Of a stretch of 15,081 bases of DNA, positions 1 through 5,975 are shown piece after piece. The DNA comes from Promethearchaeota archaeon (GTDB lineage: Archaea; Asgardarchaeota; Thorarchaeia; Thorarchaeales; Thorarchaeaceae). The notes beneath the pieces are model-generated. The model was not told the DNA's origin. It ran no database searches and worked only from the letters and a program-made list of their open reading frames with translations. The stretch covers positions 1 to 15,081 of the forward strand of contig JALVPN010000081.1 of the NCBI GenBank assembly GCA_027031765.1, given 5' to 3'. A program made the translations under genes and the position numbers. Each line of letters starts with the position of its first letter. Positions within the stretch are counted from its first letter, which is position 1.

Positions 1-291
1 TATGTCATGGAGGACCTCAATGATGGGGTTCAGGTCCCAGAGCTCGTAGTCGTGTCCATAGAGGCGGCTCACGGTACCGACCGTGCCACAGCCCGCGAAC
101 GGGTCGAATACCGTACCACCGGCCGGTGCGTACTCTCTCAGTGCGTAGGCCACCACGTGGGGTATGAACTTTGCTGGGTACCTGTACAGACCGAAAGCAC
201 CGTGCGTGGTGGACGGGAACTCCACCAGTCTACGAAATGATACTGCCCGTTCAGGGCCCGTTCTTGGCACGCCTCGCCGGTCTGCGCCCAT
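1..291 (-). CDS. Site-specific amino-DNA methyltransferase (N4-cytosine/N6-adenine type), N-terminal part; runs off the left edge
   Basis: Not in the ORF track; hand-translated from ATG at 291 (in-frame TGA at 298-300 just upstream): MGADRRGVPRTGPERAVSFRRLVEFPSTTHGAFGLYRYPAKFIPHVVAYALREYAPAGGTVFDPFAGCGTVGTVSRLYGHDYELWDLNPIIEVLHDI. Contains the H..YRYPAKFIP segment, SAM-binding motif I (FDPFAGCGT) and motif II-like DLNP. The catalytic (S/D/N)PP(Y/F) motif is not in the window. Confidence 0.88.
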   Translation of the reverse strand, partial: MGADRRGVPRTGPERAVSFRRLVEFPSTTHGAFGLYRYPAKFIPHVVAYALREYAPAGGTVFDPFAGCGTVGTVSRLYGHDYELWDLNPIIEVLHDI

Positions 292-324
292 TTTGTGTCA
301 CGGCAGCCGATGCCACACGGCGGC

Positions 325-330
325 TTTTAA
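325..330 (-). promoter_or_regulatory. Putative archaeal TATA box (TTAAAA) for the methyltransferase
   Basis: AT-rich hexamer in a GC-rich spacer, 34-39 bp upstream of the ATG at 291. Confidence 0.5.
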
Positions 331-584
331 GCGAAACAGTAGTCACAGGGCCGGTCTCCCTTGCGGCGCGTCCCACGAGGGCTGGGACCCATCCCCTGGT
401 CACCCCTTTCGGATGCATGCGTGCGGGTGATACGTGGTAGTGTGTATGAGGCAGTGTCCGGATCCTCCGGTACTGAGTTTCCCATGTTGCTGGGCTCACG
501 AGTCCTCCTTAGACGGTGGAGAGAGCTCCAACATGGGTCCAGTCCTAGGTGGTGGCCACCCGCGCTGCCAACTGACCAGTCACA

Positions 585-1220
585 CTACGGGTAGCAGAGC
601 TCCCAGTCCGGGTGGTACGTGTGGACGAGGCCCATGAGCTCGGAGTACGCTCCTTGCGAGAAGAATGGCCTAGGGCACACGGCGGTCGAGTCCTTGATGA
701 CCCCAAAGTGGATATGCGCGCCACTTGCGAGGTACAGGAAGGTGGCGATTCGCTCGCCTCTTTCCACCCAGTCTCCAACAGCCACATTCAGTAGCCGGAG
801 CTGTCGGTACGCACTGTCAGGATCATCAGTCCACGGCTCGAAGTTGTAGAGTAGCACAATCGACGCATTGAACCGGACCTGCACGGTCACGTGGTACCGG
901 TTCTCTTGACCGGCACCCCTGTCGGGCGTTGTGATACTGACGACCAGTCCGGGTGCCGCAGCAAGCACTGGGGAGCCGTTCCTGAAGAAGTAGTCAATGC
1001 CGTTGTGGACGAACGCCCACGGACAGTCCTCGCTCTCGCTGTAGCCCTCGTTGAACGCGTATATGTCGTCCCTGTCAGCATAGATGACATCCATGTTGTC
1101 AAGGGATGACGGGTCATACCTCCCACCGGTGTCAAAGCTCTGAGCGGCGAATTGCCTGTACAACACTACCCCACCAATCACTATCAGCAGCAGGGCAACA
1201 GCAAGCAGTGCACGACGCAT
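585..1220 (-). CDS. Membrane-anchored/secreted M23-family zinc metallopeptidase
   Basis: Start taken at MRRALLAVALLLIVIGGVVLY (basic residues plus hydrophobic helix); the ORF track extends to 1265. HxxxD motif (HNGID), GSPVLAAAPG, VAVGDWVERGERI and HxH motif (HIHFG) follow the canonical M23 order. Confidence 0.85.
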   Translation of the reverse strand: MRRALLAVALLLIVIGGVVLYRQFAAQSFDTGGRYDPSSLDNMDVIYADRDDIYAFNEGYSESEDCPWAFVHNGIDYFFRNGSPVLAAAPGLVVSITTPDRGAGQENRYHVTVQVRFNASIVLLYNFEPWTDDPDSAYRQLRLLNVAVGDWVERGERIATFLYLASGAHIHFGVIKDSTAVCPRPFFSQGAYSELMGLVHTYHPDWELCYP

Positions 1221-1274
1221 GTCCGATGACTGGGCGCCGATGTTGAAAAGCCTGTCGCATTGCACGGACTGCTG

Positions 1275-1934
1275 CTAGCCCCAGTCAGAGTAGGGGTCCG
1301 GGACCCCAGCATCCTCACAGAGCGACTCGATAATCCTGCGTGCCAGTCCTGGTGTCAGCTCGTTGCCACGTCTGTTGAGTGCCGGGTCGTAGAGGCTGAG
1401 GACGTAGGCGACACCCTTCCCCTTCACCAAGTCCAGTGTTTCGGTGGGCACAGCATATGTCCCCTCAAGACGTGAGAGCCGCACCCCATCAATTTCCACC
1501 ACTTCTCGCCAGCCCCACGGCAACACCGGCATACGTGCTCTGCACGCTGTGCAGCGCTCCCCTCCGACAACTGCAATGAAGAACACTTGGCTCATGCCAC
1601 TCCTGTACACCACAAACACGGGGTCCATGTCTACGGACAGCCATCCCCCCAATACACGTACGGTGCGCCCGATGGCTGTTTCGAGCACGCCTGCGGCACG
1701 CACCATTGCTCCAGTTTCCACTTTCGAGAAATGTAGCACGAGCAGCACTATGAACGCAATGACAGCAAAGCAGCAGTGGATTGTGACCTCAGCCCACGTC
1801 GGGAAGTCACCCGAGAGATGTACTGCGATTGACGCCAGGACCAGGATTGCGATGGTGCACAGGAACATGAGCTTGGCGGTGCGGTACTGTGCTGCGTGGC
1901 GTTCCCTTGACTCTTCTTCGAGGTCACTGTGCAT
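1275..1934 (-). CDS. Hypothetical membrane protein (2 N-terminal TM helices plus a soluble C-terminal domain)
   Basis: C-terminal 219 aa of the 366-aa track ORF (MHSDLEEESRERH...). Two hydrophobic segments: LMFLCTIAILVLASIAVHL and VTIHCCFAVIAFIVLLVLHF. The upstream 147 codons look like non-coding read-through and overlap the + strand gene at 2151. Confidence 0.65.
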   Translation of the reverse strand: MHSDLEEESRERHAAQYRTAKLMFLCTIAILVLASIAVHLSGDFPTWAEVTIHCCFAVIAFIVLLVLHFSKVETGAMVRAAGVLETAIGRTVRVLGGWLSVDMDPVFVVYRSGMSQVFFIAVVGGERCTACRARMPVLPWGWREVVEIDGVRLSRLEGTYAVPTETLDLVKGKGVAYVLSLYDPALNRRGNELTPGLARRIIESLCEDAGVPDPYSDWG

Positions 1935-2150
1935 CTGGGCCACACAGCTCTGGCCCTGTCCACAGGGAAAAACATTGTGCCTTGGATCCGGTCTCCGCCC
2001 CCCAGCGGAGCATATGGATGACGAGTCAGATGGTGGCCCTGTTCTGCGGCCCAGTTGCCGTTCCGCTGCCACAGGTACAACGCGAGAGGTACAGAAAGAG
2101 TAAAGAGGACGACTTGATGGTGGCCCACCATCCTGTGATGAGGGTGTCCG

Positions 2151-2660
2151 ATGAGCGAGAAAGAGAACGGAACGGGTGAGGCCGCTCCAGCACGGGCCGC
2201 CGGGACAAATGCCTATGTTGGCGAGGGCATCATTGTGGAGGCCACGGTAGACTGTCTGCGCAGGGCTGCCGATGCTGTCCTCGTACAGTACACTGAGTGG
2301 TGGTCGTGTGGTGGACCACCGACAACGGGCGACCAGGACATAGACCCGGGCACAACGCTTGTCTTCAAGGAGCAAATGGAGACCTGCCCGGCTGAGATCG
2401 TGTGCGTCCGGCTCTCGGATGATGCCTTCTGGTATGTGCTCAGCACCTCCGAGTGCCCACCAGAGAAGTGTACGCCACGTATGGCAATCAGGTGCGCACA
2501 GGCCGAAGAGAAACGCCTTGAGCGTATCAGGTCTCTCCTTGAAGAGACGGAAGGGGCCTCAGTGCTCGGTAGCCCCGACACGTGGGTGCCAGATGAGCAG
2601 GTGGACGCGCGTCGGGCAATCAGGTTCATGCGTGATGCATTCTCCAGGTTCGCACACTGA
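2151..2660 (+). CDS. Hypothetical Cys-rich soluble protein (169 aa)
   Basis: Fills the gap between flanking genes, with protein-like acidic composition and 7 Cys. No family recognised. Confidence 0.6.
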   Translation: MSEKENGTGEAAPARAAGTNAYVGEGIIVEATVDCLRRAADAVLVQYTEWWSCGGPPTTGDQDIDPGTTLVFKEQMETCPAEIVCVRLSDDAFWYVLSTSECPPEKCTPRMAIRCAQAEEKRLERIRSLLEETEGASVLGSPDTWVPDEQVDARRAIRFMRDAFSRFAH

Positions 2661-2866
2661 TACCGTCAGCCTTTCGGTCTGCGCGAGCGACGGCACCCTG
2701 TTGTGTTGCAGTCCATACGTGGCCCGATGACGACCGTTGTGGCCAGTGGGAGCGCCCGGCATGGTGGGGTGCCGGTAAGCTGCCGCTAGGGGGATGAGCG
2801 TGTCTTGGTGGGCCTGTGTCCCATATGTCCGTCTGGCGTACCGGTACCCGATGTCCACGCCTGTCC

Positions 2867-3688
2867 CTATTCCTCTTCGTCTTCCTCAGCGCTCTGCCAT
2901 TCGTCGCGCACGTAGGGTTCAGGGATGCGGACAATCTCAATGCCGTGCTCTTCAGCCATCTTTGCTGCCTCTCTAGTGACCTCGAAGGCGATGTACGCAG
3001 CAGATGGATTCGTGATACCGAGCACGACTTCTAGGAACTTCAGTTTCTTGAGCAACCGCTCTATGTCGTCTGCCCTGAGTTCGTTGGTAAACTCAATTGC
3101 AATGGGCGGGTCTATGCTCATCGCGTCTATCTCCACCGGGGTGCCCGGCTCAAATACGATGCCTTTGCCGTCCACTGTCCAGAAGCGGTGGGCCCGTTCT
3201 GAACCACACTTCTTCAGTATCCGGATTACGGCCGTGTCCACTGCGCTCTCCATGCGTCTGCTCACGACCCCGAGGTGGGCCTGTAACGTCTTCCGCACAT
3301 ACCTCATTTCACCTACCAACTCCCTCATCTGAGCTGCTGCCTCACTCAGAATGTGCGTAATCTCATCGAGCCTCTGTATGAGCTGGTTCATCCTCTGGAT
3401 GATTTCATCGAGCCTCTGTATGAGCTGGTTCATCCTCTGGATGATTTCATCGAGCCTCTGTATGAGCTGGTTCATCCTCTGGATGATTTCATCAGCCTTC
3501 TCTATGAGCTGATCCATCCTCTGTGTGAGCTGGTCGAGTTGCTGTTCGGTGCGGAGCTGTGCCTCTGGCTGCACATGAGGTACCTTGGCAACACCACGCA
3601 GGGTTGTCTTGGGTGTTTCATCATCGATGTCATCAGTACGTCCAATGGTATCTTCAGAACCTCTCGCCTCATGGCTTGGCCTAGTCAA
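2867..3688 (-). CDS. Coiled-coil heptad-repeat protein with a C-terminal PD-(D/E)XK-like domain (DUF3782/DUF1626-like archaeal architecture)
   Basis: TTG start, position uncertain. Heptads QRMNQLI/QRLDEII, then EIDAMSIDPPIAIEFT...DIERLLKK...AYIAFEVTREAAKMAEEHGIEIV, which resembles the restriction-endonuclease-fold tail of archaeal coiled-coil nuclease-like proteins. Confidence 0.75.
   Translation of the reverse strand: MTRPSHEARGSEDTIGRTDDIDDETPKTTLRGVAKVPHVQPEAQLRTEQQLDQLTQRMDQLIEKADEIIQRMNQLIQRLDEIIQRMNQLIQRLDEIIQRMNQLIQRLDEITHILSEAAAQMRELVGEMRYVRKTLQAHLGVVSRRMESAVDTAVIRILKKCGSERAHRFWTVDGKGIVFEPGTPVEIDAMSIDPPIAIEFTNELRADDIERLLKKLKFLEVVLGITNPSAAYIAFEVTREAAKMAEEHGIEIVRIPEPYVRDEWQSAEEDEEE
3363..3530. 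repeat. Intragenic 42-bp tandem repeat: 3 identical copies plus 1 degenerate copy
   Basis: Unit TCATCGAGCCTCTGTATGAGCTGGTTCATCCTCTGGATGATT is exact at 3363-3404, 3405-3446 and 3447-3488, and diverged at 3489-3530. It encodes 14 aa (two heptads) on the - strand. Confidence 0.97.
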
Positions 3689-3819
3689 GTCGGGTCACGG
3701 CCGTTCCATTTCATATCTGTCTGTGTGGCTCCTCTGCTTATGGACATGTCGCACAGTCTGTATGAGTGGTCTATCGGTCATGAGGGCTAGAGAGCCATGT
3801 TCGTGGCCTGCATATCCTG

Positions 3820-4965
3820 TCACTGCCCTGTCCTTGCCAGCAACTCCACGGCCTGCCATATTCTTGAGAGGTGGGCAAGTGCCACCGGGTGCACATCTCC
3901 GGGATTCCTGCGTGGGTCGAGTGCACCACTGACAGTCTGCTCCAGTGCTGCACGGAGAGTGGGTGTGGGCATGGGCGCTTCTCCAACTAGCATCTTGGAG
4001 AGCTCCATGACAGAGTCGTGCGCTCGACGGACGCAGACAAGTCCTGCCAAGACTCTGAGTCCAACCGCGAGGGCTACAGGCCCATCCGAGTCCGCAAGCA
4101 CTTCTGATGTCCTGCACACAGCAGCCCTGATGGGTGCAGCCAGTTGTAGGTTGATGTCTTCGCCCCCTGCCAGTCTCTTTGCCGCCTCTAGGACCGTCGT
4201 GCCGAGGTCGTGCAGTGCCCTCATGAGCTCTTCACCCCTGCCACCAAGTGTTTCTTTGAGGAGCGCACCGGTCAGCGGCTGTCTGGACGCGTCCAGGTCA
4301 ATGGAAACAGTGCTGCCTGCGGCGGCCAGAGTATGAGCGCAGTTGCTGTCCTCCTCGCCAAGCTCAGAGTCGAGCACTATTGACAGGAGGTCTGCGCCAC
4401 AGTTGTTACAGACCACAGATGCAATGAGTCTGCGTTCCAAGGCGCCAAAGACCTCTTGCACATGCTCGATGTCTGTCATCCGTCGCATGTTGACTCTGCC
4501 ATCACCCAGTATTGTGATGCTCATCTCGCCGAGATTTGCGCGGGCATAGCCCAGCTGGCGACTGCACCTGACATCCTCATACTCGCCCGATAGACACTCC
4601 ACAATGTCACAGAGCAGGTCTGCATCGAACACTGAGAAGTGCACAGTCTCTCCAGTAGGGACGCCATTGTACACCCGGAGCTCCGCCATGACGCGCTTGT
4701 CCGTGTCCTTGCAGGGCGATGTGAGGACGACCCCTCCTTCGGGCGGGGGCGCCGCGGGTTGTCCGGTCGTGAGGCCAGTCAGCGCGGAGGCTGCGACCAC
4801 TCCCCTCTTCTCTTCCCACTCTGGAAGTGCCAGCACCGGGCAGTCGTCCACCTGCGCCCTGCCGAGCATCACGGCCCTCGCAAAGGTACTGCAGGTGCGG
4901 TTCCCACACAGGGCACAGTCGAGCATTGGCGTTGCTCGCCACACCTTGATCCACTTGCTGCTCAT
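3820..4965 (-). CDS. Fe-S cluster-binding protein (N-terminal 4-Cys FeS domain of the RnfB/CdhE N-terminal type)
   Basis: DCALCGNRTCSTFARAVMLGRAQVDDCPVL matches the C-x2-C-x4-C-x16-CP pattern of the PF04060-type FeS domain. Further Cys at SPCK, VRCS, CNNC and NCAH. Confidence 0.8.
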   Translation of the reverse strand: MSSKWIKVWRATPMLDCALCGNRTCSTFARAVMLGRAQVDDCPVLALPEWEEKRGVVAASALTGLTTGQPAAPPPEGGVVLTSPCKDTDKRVMAELRVYNGVPTGETVHFSVFDADLLCDIVECLSGEYEDVRCSRQLGYARANLGEMSITILGDGRVNMRRMTDIEHVQEVFGALERRLIASVVCNNCGADLLSIVLDSELGEEDSNCAHTLAAAGSTVSIDLDASRQPLTGALLKETLGGRGEELMRALHDLGTTVLEAAKRLAGGEDINLQLAAPIRAAVCRTSEVLADSDGPVALAVGLRVLAGLVCVRRAHDSVMELSKMLVGEAPMPTPTLRAALEQTVSGALDPRRNPGDVHPVALAHLSRIWQAVELLARTGQ

Positions 4966-5233
4966 GGTGTTTCGTGCAGACTGTCGGGGCCCTTGAATTC
5001 AAGCTTACGGTCTGTAACCAGCTGCGACCTACGCTGTCGCGGGATTCACCCCCGTCGTGATTCCGGCACTATATGGGCCTCTCACACTGTGGGGCGTGCC
5101 AGTGCCACCTGCTCACAAGAGCCCACAGTTCCTGTGTCCCATGTCTGGAGGGGTACGCGTGCAGGCAGCGCCCGCATCGTCCCAGTAGGGCCAGCGGGTC
5201 CGGGACTGGTAGACGGAGGCCTCCTGCGCGACC

Positions 5234-5240
5234 TTTATTA
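5234..5240 (+). promoter_or_regulatory. Putative TATA box (TTTATTA) for signal peptidase I
   Basis: AT-rich island 35-41 bp upstream of the ATG at 5275. Confidence 0.5.
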
Positions 5241-5274
5241 GCGTGACGCAGACTGGGAGGACTGAGTGTGACTA

Positions 5275-5886
5275 ATGGAGGCAGTCCGTCAGTTTCTCCG
5301 TTGGGAAGAGCGCTCGGAACTCCAGAAGAGCCTGTTCATTCTCCTCGTCGTCGCTGGTGTCACCCTCGGCGGCTACGGGGTGTTCATGCTCTCCATGGGG
5401 ACAACGACGCCGATGGTGGTGGTGACCAGTGAGTCTATGGTGCCCGTCTTGCAGCCGGGTGACCTCTTGGTCTTACAGGGCCGCGCCCCCGAGCAGATAC
5501 ATGTCGGGGACATAATCGTGTTCCAGGACAACGAGTGGTCGACAGATGCTCCCATTGTCCACCGCGTGGTCGAGATAGAGGTCATCGATGGCACGTATCA
5601 CTTCAGGACGAAGGGCGATGCCAATGCACTCCCTGACCCGGGGACGCGGACGCCAGATGAGATTGTCGGTGTCGTGGTGGCCAGGGTGCCATGGGTGGGC
5701 AATATCAGCATGTTCCTCAAGACCCCCCTGGGGATTGCAGTCATAGTGGGACTGTTCCTGTTAATCCTGTTCGTGCCATCTGGTGCGGAGGCCGGAGAGG
5801 ACAACGGTGGCGATGTTGTCGATGAGCCCCCCACTGATGGCGGCCGTGGTGCTGCCGGAGAGAGCACGCCGACAACAGAGGACTGA
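5275..5886 (+). CDS. sec11: Signal peptidase I, archaeal/ER (Sec11, S26B) type
   Basis: N-terminal TM, catalytic Ser box (VVTSESMVPVLQPGDLL), His box (IVHRVV, Ser-His type rather than bacterial Ser-Lys), TKGDAN...D box, and a C-terminal TM. Confidence 0.95.
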   Translation: MEAVRQFLRWEERSELQKSLFILLVVAGVTLGGYGVFMLSMGTTTPMVVVTSESMVPVLQPGDLLVLQGRAPEQIHVGDIIVFQDNEWSTDAPIVHRVVEIEVIDGTYHFRTKGDANALPDPGTRTPDEIVGVVVARVPWVGNISMFLKTPLGIAVIVGLFLLILFVPSGAEAGEDNGGDVVDEPPTDGGRGAAGESTPTTED

Positions 5887-5975
5887 GCCAGCCAGTCAAG
5901 TGCTGGGGTGTGGCTGCCATCCCTGACAGGGCCGCCATTCACCGGTCATCCGCTAGGCTCTGTCCCTGTACGTGA

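Noticed and set aside
7-240. 77-aa + strand ORF and overlapping short ORFs at 164-499
   Set aside because: 7-240 is the codon-aligned antisense shadow of the minus-strand methyltransferase; the others have no protein-like features.
1935-2375. N-terminal 147 codons of the 366-aa ORF
   Set aside because: Low-complexity Ser/Arg/Pro/Gly-rich translation, overlaps the + strand gene at 2151 and spans a palindrome-rich spacer; best explained as an open frame by chance in GC-rich DNA.
3363-3530. Possible CRISPR array
   Set aside because: Repeats are head-to-tail with no unique spacers, are in frame within a CDS, and no cas genes are present.
3353-3790. + strand ORF with LYELVHPLDDFIEP repeats
   Set aside because: Antisense reading of the 42-bp repeat. 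The minus-strand frame gives a coherent heptad pattern and a downstream domain.
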